NCBI GenBank assembly: GCA_963697435.1
Contig: CAVOOB010000005.1
Span: 55,377 to 119,376, forward strand
Length of the DNA: 64,000 nt
Direction: 5' to 3'
Origin: an uncultured Gemmatimonadales bacterium
GTDB taxonomy: Bacteria; Gemmatimonadota; Gemmatimonadetes; Gemmatimonadales; GWC2-71-9
Part shown: positions 8,335 through 17,470 of the stretch, piece after piece
Layout of the letters: every line of letters begins with the position of its first letter
How positions within the stretch are numbered: position 1 is the stretch's first letter
The notes under the pieces: generated by a model
What the model was told of the DNA's origin: nothing
Seen by the model: only the letters and a program-made list of their open reading frames with translations
The model's database searches: none
Program-made: the position numbers and the translations under genes

Positions 8335-11300
8335 CTAGAACTCCTGCTCCCAGAGGACGTCGAGACCGGCCTGGTATCTGTCGTTGGTCGTCAGCGGCGC
8401 CGTCTGCTGGTCCGCGGTACACGATGCCGACGGCTCGAAACTGGCGAGGAACCGGAATCCCCGCGCGAAGCGATACTCGAAGCTCGCCCCGATGTTCTTG
8501 TAGCTGGTGGCGCCACCAGTCGTGCAGATGCCGGCGCTGAAGGTAAGGAACGTCTTGCGGCCGATCTGCCATCCCGCCGCGAGCTGGGTGGCCGTGGAGG
8601 ACCCGTAGGCGCCCCCGGCGGTGCCGGGCCGCAGTTCAATGTAGTCCACCGGAACCCGGAGGTCCGTCACCAGCGTGCGCTGGAGTTCGCTGGTCACGGC
8701 ACTCGAGAGGTAGGCGAGCCCGAGATTCAGCGCCTGCTGCTGATCACCCGGTGCGCCCCCCGTCGTCTGGAGCGTCGAGGCGGGGCGCCGGAACATCAGA
8801 TAGGAGACGAGGTTCGTCTCCGAAATCGGGGGCAGGATTGTGGAGGTCAGGTCAAGCTTGGGCTCAAGCATCGTGCCCGTGATGTTGGCGATGACCGGCA
8901 CGTCCTGGCTGCCATCGAGTGGGCGCACGATATGCTCGGCCTTGATATTGAGGTCGGCGTTGAGGTCGGGCGTGCCGAGGAACCGTACCTGCCCCTGCTG
9001 TACCTTGAAGTCGCGTCGCACCGGGCCGATCACCAGTGTGTAATTCCCTCGCAGCGCGTCCATCCGCCCGTCCACCCGGTAGTCGCGGCGCAGCTTGTCG
9101 ACGCGAACCTCGCCACCGAGCTGGATGTTCGCCTCGTTCGAGCGGAGCCAGAACGCATCGCCCACTCGAACCGTGAAATTGTCAACGCGAAGCGAATCGA
9201 TGAACCGATTGCGCGTCGTGTACCCGCGCTGAAGCATGCGCTGGAACCGTTGGTCCAGCAGGTCCCGGAATTCCGGATCATCGAGGTCGACCACGTCCTT
9301 GGTAATGAGGTCGGCAAAGTAGAGCGCACCCCGGTTTGCGGTGACACCGCCGGTCAACGTCGGGGAATTGAACGGACCGGTGAGCCGCATGCGGCCGCTG
9401 ACATCGAGCGTGAGGAAACCACGGATCTCGGTCGCCAGGAAGTCAGTGGCCACCAGCCGGAGGTTGAGCACCGGGTTCGTGAGCGGCTGGAACCTGACGC
9501 TGCCGCTGGCACGGAGTGACCCGTCGGCCGGCGCGCTCCGGAGCATGAGCGAATCAAGGGTCAGCGAATCACCCATGAAGGTGGCGTGCCCGACGATGCT
9601 CGAATACCGAACGCCGAGGCTGGGTACCGACCCGCGCCCCTTGCGAACATCGAGGAATCCCTCGAGCCGCGGAGCCTCCCACGATCCCGCCACCCGAACA
9701 TCGGCGCTCATGACGCCCGACATCCGGCGGACCCGGGTGGTGAAGGCCTCGAAGGTCCCGAGGTCAAGGCTGTCGGCGCGGGCACGGATCATCAGCGGCC
9801 CGTCAAGCTGGCGCTGCGGCACCGCCGCGAACGCCAGGTCAAGCGGAAGGGCCACTTCGATGCCGAGAATCCGTTGACCGGTCTTCCAGATCGAGAGATT
9901 GCCCTCGAGCCGGCGGTCTTCGTAGTGCAGGATCCCCTGGATGAACGGCGAGCGGAAGTCGCCGAACACGGCGTCGCCGAGGGAGGCCGTGCCCTGGATG
10001 AGCGGCGAGCGGCGGGTTCCGCTGATCTCGAGATCGGCGCCGATGAATCCGGACACCCCGGCGGTGTCCCCGCGGAACAGCCCGGCGACATCGCGGAGGT
10101 CGAGCCCGTAGGCGTCGAGCCGGAGATCCCCTGGCCGCTCCCCTGGAAGGGTGCCTGCCATGTTGATAGCCCCGGAGCCGTCCGCCGTCTCGAGCCGAAC
10201 GGGTGAAAGCACCGTCCCGGAATCGGTCGTGCGTATTTCCACCGGAGCGCGCAGGTCCCAGCGATGCCCACTCAACGCCATCGACACGGAGTCGATCGTG
10301 GTCGTCTGCCCTCCGCCGTCGGCGGTATAGCGGCCGTTGGCGCCGACGGCCGCCCCTTCGCCGCCCTCGAACGATCCCGACCATCGCAGGGAATCGGTCC
10401 AGCCAAGGGCCCCGATGCGCACGTTACTGGTCACCAGCCGACCGAACGAGATGGTATCGGCGAGCATCGCGAGGCTGAGAGATGCGCGGGAGCCACCCAT
10501 CCATCCGAAGGTGGCGGACAGAGAGTGCAGCCGCCCGCCCCGGAAGGTGAGGTCGCTCGCGTCGGCAAACCCTGACGCCACCAGCGAGTCGAGCGACCCG
10601 GCCAGTGAGAAGTCGAGTCGCCCCCGACCCCGCAGTTCGGTGCCGGTGGTATCCGGTCCCAATCCGAGCTTCGCCACCAGCAGGGAGTCGAGCCCCTGCA
10701 GGCTGTCCAGCTCGGTGATCAACTCCATCCGCCCCTCGTAGGGGGCAGCCCAGCCCAGGGTGCCCTTCGAGCCCAGCCGTCCGCCGCGCCAGTCAACGCC
10801 AAGCGTATCGATGACGAGCATGCTGTCGCGCACCGACATGCGCGCCACAGCGGTGTCGATCCGGAATGCATCGAACCGCCCCGGACCCAGGCTGCCGCGG
10901 ATCGATCCCTCCGGCGCCCGCAGGGTGTCGATGGAGCCGACAATCAGGACCTCCCCCGCCAGGTCGGACGTCGGGCCCGTTCCGCGGAGCGCGCGCAGGT
11001 CGAGGTGGCTGAAGTCGATCTGGAGCGAGTCGCCGCCCCAGCGGGGGGGCATCACCGTGGCAGGACCCCGGACCCGGAGGGCACCAATCTCGCCGCGTAC
11101 ATCGGCATCGAGGTCCATCCGCTCCATCGTGCCGGCCAGACGGACCTGGCCGACAATCGAGCCCAGGCTGGGCAGGGTCGGATACCCGGCACGAATCCCC
11201 TCGAACGAGAGGGAGTCGAGCCTCAGGTCGCCGTCGAACGCGGTGACAAGCGTGCGTGTGTCGAGACGCACCCAGCCGTCGATGACGCTCACCGGGCGCG

Positions 11301-12750
11301 GGCCGTCCCGATGCCGCATTCCACCCGTGAAGAGGACGTTCTTCCACGGCCCATCGAGGGTCCCCGACAGGCTGGCGCGGCCCTGCAACGTGACCGACGG
11401 GGTCAGGAGCTCGACCGTGCGCAGGTCGACATCCGACGATTCGAGCGCAAAGTCCCTGAACGTCAGGCCGTCGACACCGCCGGTCAGGATTCGCCCCTGC
11501 CCGGCGAAACGGCTGGTCGCACCGCCCGAGATGCCGATGTCGGTGACCTGGACATCGAGGGAGAGCCGGAGATTGGAGAGCAGCCCCGTGCCTGCGATTC
11601 GTCCCGAGAGGCTGCCCCGCAACGGAAGTGTGTCGAGATACGGCCGCGCCGCCTCCAGGTCGAGGCGCTCGATCACGAGATCCATGTCCCGCACCCCCAG
11701 CCCCCGCCGCACATCCGTGAGGACGATCACCCGGCCATCGATCCGCGTGCTGTCGTTCTCCAGGTGGAGATCCTGCAGATCGAAGCTGGCACGTTCCGCG
11801 TTCTGTGATTTCCCGACAACGACGGTACTGCCATGGAGCGCGGGGAAGTCTGGAGACACCCAGCGGAGGTCCACCAGGTCCAGCTCGCTGAAGCGGATGC
11901 CAAAGTCGAGGAGCAACGGTCCTTCGGGAAAGGTCACGACACCGGACCCCTGAAACCGCGATCCCGGCAGGGCGCCGCGCGTGATCTCGAAGATGAGGCT
12001 GTCCCTGTGAATCCGTGCGCGGCCCCGCGCCTGCTGGACACGGACTCCAGGATCGCTCACCCGCACCCCAAGGGTATCAATCACCAGGGAGAGCGGGTCG
12101 CGATTCGGCGTGCTGATGGTGAGGCGGTCCAGTCCGAGATCCAGGCTGTCAAAGCGGCGGACCAGCTCGAGACCCTCGGCGCCCGGCACGATGACGCGCC
12201 CGGGGAGCGCGCGTTCCGCCGCGAGCACCGAGTCCCGCGCGCCGGCTCGAACGCGAGCCGGCGGGTTCCAGGGGAGGCGCAAGGTCAGCGTGGCACCATG
12301 GAGCTCGAGATTGTGAAATTCGATCAACGGCGGCCGCCCACCCCCGGTCCCCTCGCCGAGGTGCAGGACTTCTTCGTAGTTCATGCGACCGTTGCGGCGG
12401 CGGACGAGATCGATGACCGGGGACTCGGCGCGCACCGAGCTGAAGTCGAACCGCCCGGCCAGGAGATTCGGGAGCTGGTAGCTGACGTCGAGCCGGGGGA
12501 ACTCCGCCACGACGGCGCCGGAGCTGTCCTTGAGCACCACGCCGCGCAGCGAGAGCCGGGTGAGGAAGTTCCCCGACACGTCGCCAATCGTCAGGTGCCC
12601 GCGAAAGATCCGATCCGACAGGTGGGTGACGGTCCGCGCCAGCAGCCGACGGCCCGGAGGCGATACGGTCAGCGCGGCGAGCAGTCCCGCCACGAGCGCG
12701 ACCGTCCCGAAGCCCGTGACGAAGACGATGTGGGCAAGCCGGCGCCGCAT
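8335..12750 (-). CDS. tamB: translocation and assembly module protein TamB-like (AsmA/DUF490 family, 1471 aa)
   Basis: Track ORF 8335..12750. It has an N-terminal membrane anchor (IVFVTGFGTVALVAGLLAALTV), a long beta-rich repetitive body and a C-terminal DUF490-like tail. It sits directly downstream of an Omp85 gene, sharing 1 nt (TGATG). Confidence 0.8.
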   Translation of the reverse strand: MRRRLAHIVFVTGFGTVALVAGLLAALTVSPPGRRLLARTVTHLSDRIFRGHLTIGDVSGNFLTRLSLRGVVLKDSSGAVVAEFPRLDVSYQLPNLLAGRFDFSSVRAESPVIDLVRRRNGRMNYEEVLHLGEGTGGGRPPLIEFHNLELHGATLTLRLPWNPPARVRAGARDSVLAAERALPGRVIVPGAEGLELVRRFDSLDLGLDRLTISTPNRDPLSLVIDTLGVRVSDPGVRVQQARGRARIHRDSLIFEITRGALPGSRFQGSGVVTFPEGPLLLDFGIRFSELDLVDLRWVSPDFPALHGSTVVVGKSQNAERASFDLQDLHLENDSTRIDGRVIVLTDVRRGLGVRDMDLVIERLDLEAARPYLDTLPLRGSLSGRIAGTGLLSNLRLSLDVQVTDIGISGGATSRFAGQGRILTGGVDGLTFRDFALESSDVDLRTVELLTPSVTLQGRASLSGTLDGPWKNVLFTGGMRHRDGPRPVSVIDGWVRLDTRTLVTAFDGDLRLDSLSFEGIRAGYPTLPSLGSIVGQVRLAGTMERMDLDADVRGEIGALRVRGPATVMPPRWGGDSLQIDFSHLDLRALRGTGPTSDLAGEVLIVGSIDTLRAPEGSIRGSLGPGRFDAFRIDTAVARMSVRDSMLVIDTLGVDWRGGRLGSKGTLGWAAPYEGRMELITELDSLQGLDSLLVAKLGLGPDTTGTELRGRGRLDFSLAGSLDSLVASGFADASDLTFRGGRLHSLSATFGWMGGSRASLSLAMLADTISFGRLVTSNVRIGALGWTDSLRWSGSFEGGEGAAVGANGRYTADGGGQTTTIDSVSMALSGHRWDLRAPVEIRTTDSGTVLSPVRLETADGSGAINMAGTLPGERPGDLRLDAYGLDLRDVAGLFRGDTAGVSGFIGADLEISGTRRSPLIQGTASLGDAVFGDFRSPFIQGILHYEDRRLEGNLSIWKTGQRILGIEVALPLDLAFAAVPQRQLDGPLMIRARADSLDLGTFEAFTTRVRRMSGVMSADVRVAGSWEAPRLEGFLDVRKGRGSVPSLGVRYSSIVGHATFMGDSLTLDSLMLRSAPADGSLRASGSVRFQPLTNPVLNLRLVATDFLATEIRGFLTLDVSGRMRLTGPFNSPTLTGGVTANRGALYFADLITKDVVDLDDPEFRDLLDQRFQRMLQRGYTTRNRFIDSLRVDNFTVRVGDAFWLRSNEANIQLGGEVRVDKLRRDYRVDGRMDALRGNYTLVIGPVRRDFKVQQGQVRFLGTPDLNADLNIKAEHIVRPLDGSQDVPVIANITGTMLEPKLDLTSTILPPISETNLVSYLMFRRPASTLQTTGGAPGDQQQALNLGLAYLSSAVTSELQRTLVTDLRVPVDYIELRPGTAGGAYGSSTATQLAAGWQIGRKTFLTFSAGICTTGGATSYKNIGASFEYRFARGFRFLASFEPSASCTADQQTAPLTTNDRYQAGLDVLWEQEF

Positions 12751-14864
12751 CAGAACGGCTGCCCGACGGCGAAGTGGAACACGAAGCGATCTGGATTTCC
12801 CGTCGGGGTGTAGCTCTCCCGGATCCGCACCACATTGTTGTTCTGGCTCAGATACAGCGCGCCGGGCTGCTGGGAATATCCGTTGTACCCGACGTCGAGA
12901 CGCACCGGGCCGAGAGGGGTGACGAGCCGGAGGCCGACGCCCGGCGTGACACGCACCTCGGGTGTGTTCTGGTACCGATCCCAGAGGACACCCGCGTCGA
13001 CGAACGCGACCACTCGGAAGACGCGGCCCCAGACCGGCGAGGGCAAGCGGATCTCGACATTCCCGACCCCGAGCATGTTCCCGCCGACTGGGGCGTAGCT
13101 GATGGTACCATCCGGAATCGGCGTGTTCCCCGGATCGGTCGTGTCGATCGGGACGGTGTCGTTGATGACCAGATAATTGATGGGCCCGAGTCCGTTGAGC
13201 TGGTATCCGCGGACGTCATTGGGGCCGCCCGCATAGAACCGGTTGGCCGGCGGGATGTAGTTGGTCTCCTCCAGGGTATTGAACGACGTCAACGGCGCCC
13301 ACATCGCCCCCGCACGGAGGCGGAAGCTCAGCACCGTCTGGCGGGAGAGCGTCCGGTACCAGGCGCGGTTGGCCACCAACTGGACGAATTGCTGTGATTC
13401 ACTGGACCCGAGGAGTTGCGAGCTCACGGTGGCCTGCACGGTCGTGCGGTGACCGCGGGTCGGGTTCAGGGGATTGTTCACCGACGGGAATGTCGCCGAT
13501 GCTCCCAGGGCCCCGAGTCCCTGGTCGGCGCTCAGCTGAGCGATGTCCTCGGAGCTGCATACCAGGAGCGACACGCAGAAGCTCGCCGGGCTCGCCTGCG
13601 TGCTGCCATAGGTGAACGAATACGTGAGGGCGAGCTTGGCCTCGCGGAGGGTCTCGCGGTTGAGGCTCAGCCCGGCGCCGACTTCCTGCCGCAGGTACAC
13701 GAGGTAGTCCGAGCGCCGGTCGGCGAAGAGCGTGGTCGTCAGCGTATTGTGCGGCGAGAGGAACGCCGGCCGGCGGAGGGAGACCGCCAGGCTGTAGTTG
13801 ACCTCGCTCGAGCCCAGCGTATCCGGCTTCAACTGGGAACAGAGGAACCCGTCCTGCATGCCCCAATCCGTCGGTGCGCCGACGCCGATCTTCGACAACC
13901 GGCCGCTCACGTCGAGGACGCGGCCGCCGCCGGCAAAGTTCCGGAAGGTGATGCCGGCGCCGACGCGGAAGCAGTCGTCCGTCGCGTACCCGACGCTTCC
14001 CCGCGCGCGTCGCGGCTTGCTCTCCGCCACGCGAACGGTGAGCGGCACCGAATCGGACGTCGGGTCGTACGCGGCGCTGTCGATCCCGACGGCCGCGAAG
14101 CTGAAGAGTTCGGAACGGTAGAGGTTGCGCTGGCTCCGGTAGAGATCCTCCTGGGAGAACAGCTGCCCGGGCCGGGTGGCGAGCAGCGAGCGCGCCACGT
14201 CCGGCGAAACGCGCCTGGTGCCCGTGATGGTGATTCCACTCACGCTCGAGAGCGGCCCGGCCTGCAGGTCGATCGCGGCGTTTGCCGTCAAGTCGGTCTT
14301 GTCGCGCTCGAAACTCTGGAAGGCAATCGCGTCGGGATAGCCCCGGTCCCGCAGGCGGCGCACGAGGGTGTCTGACGTCGCATCGAGGAGGATGCGGCTG
14401 AAGGGGTCGCCCGCCTGGAGCGGGAGATCCCGTGTCACGAGCCCGGGCTTCGCGACGGAGTCGAGACCCAGGACCCCCAGCGAGTCGAGAATGACCGGCG
14501 GTCCTTCATCGATCAGGAAGGTGATGTAGATGTCATTGTCGGTCCGCCGTACGACGGTGTCCACGGCCACGTTCATGTAGCCGCTCTTCCGGTAGAGCAG
14601 CGTGATGCGCAAGACATCGCGGTCGAATTCGACCTGGTCGAACGGCCGCTTCTCGCCGAGGCCGATCCAGCGCACCAGCCCCGAGCGGGCAAACCAGGAG
14701 GAGTTTGTCGTCGAGATGGCGGCCGACAGCTGATAGGCGTCGAGCGCACGATTGCCCTTGAAGGACAACCCGCGCACGATCAGCGGCTCCTCTTGAGCGC
14801 GCAGCGGCGTGACGGCGAGTAGCGTGGCAACCACCGCGAGGACCGCGCCTCGCGGCACGCTCAC
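12750..14864 (-). CDS. tamA: Omp85-family outer membrane protein (TamA/BamA-like, POTRA domains plus beta-barrel)
   Basis: Track ORF 12750..14864. It has a signal peptide (AVTPLRAQEEP), POTRA-like repeats (FKGNRALDAYQL..., DRDVLRITLLYRKSGYMNV) and a C-terminal barrel ending in aromatic residues (FHFAVGQPF). It is paired with tamB. Confidence 0.8.
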   Translation of the reverse strand: MSVPRGAVLAVVATLLAVTPLRAQEEPLIVRGLSFKGNRALDAYQLSAAISTTNSSWFARSGLVRWIGLGEKRPFDQVEFDRDVLRITLLYRKSGYMNVAVDTVVRRTDNDIYITFLIDEGPPVILDSLGVLGLDSVAKPGLVTRDLPLQAGDPFSRILLDATSDTLVRRLRDRGYPDAIAFQSFERDKTDLTANAAIDLQAGPLSSVSGITITGTRRVSPDVARSLLATRPGQLFSQEDLYRSQRNLYRSELFSFAAVGIDSAAYDPTSDSVPLTVRVAESKPRRARGSVGYATDDCFRVGAGITFRNFAGGGRVLDVSGRLSKIGVGAPTDWGMQDGFLCSQLKPDTLGSSEVNYSLAVSLRRPAFLSPHNTLTTTLFADRRSDYLVYLRQEVGAGLSLNRETLREAKLALTYSFTYGSTQASPASFCVSLLVCSSEDIAQLSADQGLGALGASATFPSVNNPLNPTRGHRTTVQATVSSQLLGSSESQQFVQLVANRAWYRTLSRQTVLSFRLRAGAMWAPLTSFNTLEETNYIPPANRFYAGGPNDVRGYQLNGLGPINYLVINDTVPIDTTDPGNTPIPDGTISYAPVGGNMLGVGNVEIRLPSPVWGRVFRVVAFVDAGVLWDRYQNTPEVRVTPGVGLRLVTPLGPVRLDVGYNGYSQQPGALYLSQNNNVVRIRESYTPTGNPDRFVFHFAVGQPF

Positions 14865-14898
14865 GCGGCGTCCCCCTCAGAGGCGGGGGCGCTCATGA

Positions 14899-14927
14899 TT
14901 GACGGCATGCTGTAAGATGCCTAGTTT
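14899..14927 (+). promoter_or_regulatory. candidate sigma-70-type promoter for the ABC transporter gene
   Basis: TTGACG (14899-14904), a 17-nt spacer, then TAGTTT (14922-14927), about 90 nt upstream of ATG 15020. Pattern match only. Confidence 0.35.
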
Positions 14928-14938
14928 CTTCATCTTAC
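14912..14938. promoter_or_regulatory. perfect 8-bp inverted repeat in the tamA / ABC divergent region
   Basis: GTAAGATG (14912-14919) and CATCTTAC (14931-14938) are separated by 11 nt. The repeat overlaps the candidate -10 element. Confidence 0.4.
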
Positions 14939-15019
14939 GCCACAGTGGGCGGCCCACCGGTTGCCCCCTCCTTCCGGTGTAGGGACCACTCGCCGCCAAC
15001 CCGCACGGGCCACCTGCCA

Positions 15020-17470
15020 ATGCCCCGCTTCCTGCTCGCCGCCGTGACGATTCTGACCGCCTGCGGCGGCGATGGGGGGCCGCGTTCGCTGACCTACTAT
15101 TTCACGGCGGATCCCCGGTCGCTGGACCCCGCCTTCTCGACGGACGTGCCGAGCGGCGAGATGATCGCCATGCTCTTCGACAACGTGACCCAGTTCGACG
15201 CCTCGGGTCGCCTCGTGCCCGGCATCGCCACCCGATGGGAGGCCGACCCGACCGGGGCCGTCTACACCTTTCACCTGCGGTCGGACGCCACCTTCCACGA
15301 CGGGCAGCCGATCACCGCCCGGACCGTACGAGCCTCGTTCCAGCGCGTGCTGTCGCTCGCCTCAAAGGGCTCGCGCACCTGGACGCTGACGCCGATCAAG
15401 GGCGCCGCGGCCTTCGCCGCCGGCACCGCCGACGACGTCGACGGCATCACGGTCCCGGATGACTCCACCCTCGTGATCACCCTCGAAGAGCCGCTGAATG
15501 TCTTTCCGAAGCTCCTGGCCATGCCCGCCTCCGCCATCGTGCCGGAATCGATCGGCCCCCGATTCGCCGAGGAGCCGGTTGGGAGCGGGCCGTGGCGGTT
15601 CGTCGAATGGTCGCACGACGATGCATTGCTGCTCGCCGCCAACGAGGGGTACTGGGGCGGGCGCCCGCGCTCCGATACGGTGCGGGTGCGCATCATCCCC
15701 GAGCCGCTCACCCAGGCGGCGGAGTTCGAGTTCGGGCAGTTGGCGGTCGTGGAGGTGCCCTTCAGCGAAACGACGCGATGGGAGGAGGAACATGCCTCGG
15801 AGCTGCAGCGGCGCGCCGCCCTTCGCGCACTCTACGTGGCCATCAACACCCAGCGCGGACCCCTCCAGGACGTCCGGGTGCGGCGCGCGCTCAACCTCGG
15901 CGTCGACGCCGGGACGATGCTCCGGACCATCATGGCGGGCCGCGGCGTGCGGGCCGCCGGCGCCATTCCCCCAGGGCTCGAAGGGTACGACAGCACCCGT
16001 ACCCCCTATGCGTACGACCCGGCAGCCGCCCGGGCGCTGCTCGCCGAAGCTGGCTACGGCGACGGCCTGACCCTCAAGCTCTGGCGCACCCAGCGCTCCG
16101 AACTCGCGCGCATTGCGCAGGCCATCCAGCAGAGCCTGGCGCTGGCCGGGGTGACCATCGAGATCGTCGAACGCGACGCGTCCAGCGCCCGGGCCGCCTC
16201 TTCCAAGGGGGAGGCCGACCTCTTCCTCACCGACTGGTACGCCGACTACCCCGACCCCGAGAGCTTCAACTACCCGACCTTCTATTCGAAGAACGCCGGC
16301 AGCGGCGGGAACCGGGCGTTCTACTCCGACTCGGCGGTCGACCGGATGATCATGCTGGCACGAGGGACCCCCGACCTGGCATTGAAGGACAGCCTCAGCC
16401 GCGCCATCGACCAGCGCATCTTCGAGGCGGCCCCCTGGATCTTCCTCTGGTTCCCGGCCGACCTCTGGGCGGAGCGCGTCGACGTGACCGGCTGGGAGAT
16501 ACCCGCGATCTTCAACGGCCAGCGCTGGCAGACACGTGGAGCGGGTGCCGTGACCCGGTTTCTGGCCTGGCGCCTCGTGGTGGTGCTGCCGACGCTGTTC
16601 GGCGTGCTGGTGGTGGCGTTCCTCCTGCTCCACGTGGCCCCCGGCGATCCGGTGCAGGCGATGGTCGGCGAACGCGCCGACTCCGCCACCATGGTCCGCC
16701 TCCGCGCCGAGTTGCACCTGGACGAGCCGCTCCCGAAGCGATTCGTCCTGTACTCGGCGGGGATCCTGAAGGGCGACCTCGGCAACAGCTATATCACCGG
16801 CCGCCCGATCCTGGGCGAGTTGCTTCACCGGTTCCCCTACACCCTGCGCCTCGCCCTGGCCGCCATGCTGTTCGCGGTGAGTACCGGCCTGATCGTCGGC
16901 ATCATCGGCGCGTGGCGGCCCGGCAGCTGGTTCGACCGGATCATGACCCTGGGCGCCTACTTGGGCGTCTCATTCCCGGTCTACTGGGTCGGCCTCCTGC
17001 TGATCCTGATCTTCGCGGTGCAGCTCCACTGGCTCCCTCCGTCAGGATCCGGCGGTCTCGCGTTCCTGGTCCTCCCCGCCCTCACGCTTGGAATGCGGTC
17101 GGTGGCCGTCATCGCCCGGATGACGCGCGCGGCGATGCAGGAGGTCCTGCAGGCCGATTACATCCGCTCGGCACGCGCCATCGGGCTGGGAGAGGGCCGC
17201 GTCGTGTTGCGACATGGGCTCAGGAATGCGCTGCTCCCGGTCATCACCGTCATCGGCCTCGATTTCGGCAGCTACCTGACCGGCTCTATCTTGACTGAGA
17301 CCATCTTCTCGTGGCCCGGCGTGGGACGGTACGTCCTCACCGCCATCAGCAAGCGGGATTTGCCAGCTGTGCAAGGGAGCATCCTCTTTCTCAGCGTCGT
17401 GTTTGTCCTCGTCAACCTTGTCACCGACCTCGTCTATGCCAAAGCCGACCCCAGGGTCTCCTATGATTGA
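15020..17470 (+). CDS. family-5 peptide/nickel ABC substrate-binding lipoprotein read through in frame into a DppB/OppB-type permease
   Basis: Track ORF 14945..17470, trimmed to ATG 15020 (MPRFLLAAVTILTACGG, lipobox). The first ~510 aa are the substrate-binding protein. From GTG 16550 (VTRFLAWRLVVVLPTLFG) the sequence is a 6-TM permease with an EAA-like loop (SARAIGLGEGRVVLRHGLRNALLP). Removing one G from the GGG at 16543-16545 would end the binding protein at TGA 16551-16553, overlapping that GTG. Confidence 0.8.
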   Translation: MPRFLLAAVTILTACGGDGGPRSLTYYFTADPRSLDPAFSTDVPSGEMIAMLFDNVTQFDASGRLVPGIATRWEADPTGAVYTFHLRSDATFHDGQPITARTVRASFQRVLSLASKGSRTWTLTPIKGAAAFAAGTADDVDGITVPDDSTLVITLEEPLNVFPKLLAMPASAIVPESIGPRFAEEPVGSGPWRFVEWSHDDALLLAANEGYWGGRPRSDTVRVRIIPEPLTQAAEFEFGQLAVVEVPFSETTRWEEEHASELQRRAALRALYVAINTQRGPLQDVRVRRALNLGVDAGTMLRTIMAGRGVRAAGAIPPGLEGYDSTRTPYAYDPAAARALLAEAGYGDGLTLKLWRTQRSELARIAQAIQQSLALAGVTIEIVERDASSARAASSKGEADLFLTDWYADYPDPESFNYPTFYSKNAGSGGNRAFYSDSAVDRMIMLARGTPDLALKDSLSRAIDQRIFEAAPWIFLWFPADLWAERVDVTGWEIPAIFNGQRWQTRGAGAVTRFLAWRLVVVLPTLFGVLVVAFLLLHVAPGDPVQAMVGERADSATMVRLRAELHLDEPLPKRFVLYSAGILKGDLGNSYITGRPILGELLHRFPYTLRLALAAMLFAVSTGLIVGIIGAWRPGSWFDRIMTLGAYLGVSFPVYWVGLLLILIFAVQLHWLPPSGSGGLAFLVLPALTLGMRSVAVIARMTRAAMQEVLQADYIRSARAIGLGEGRVVLRHGLRNALLPVITVIGLDFGSYLTGSILTETIFSWPGVGRYVLTAISKRDLPAVQGSILFLSVVFVLVNLVTDLVYAKADPRVSYD

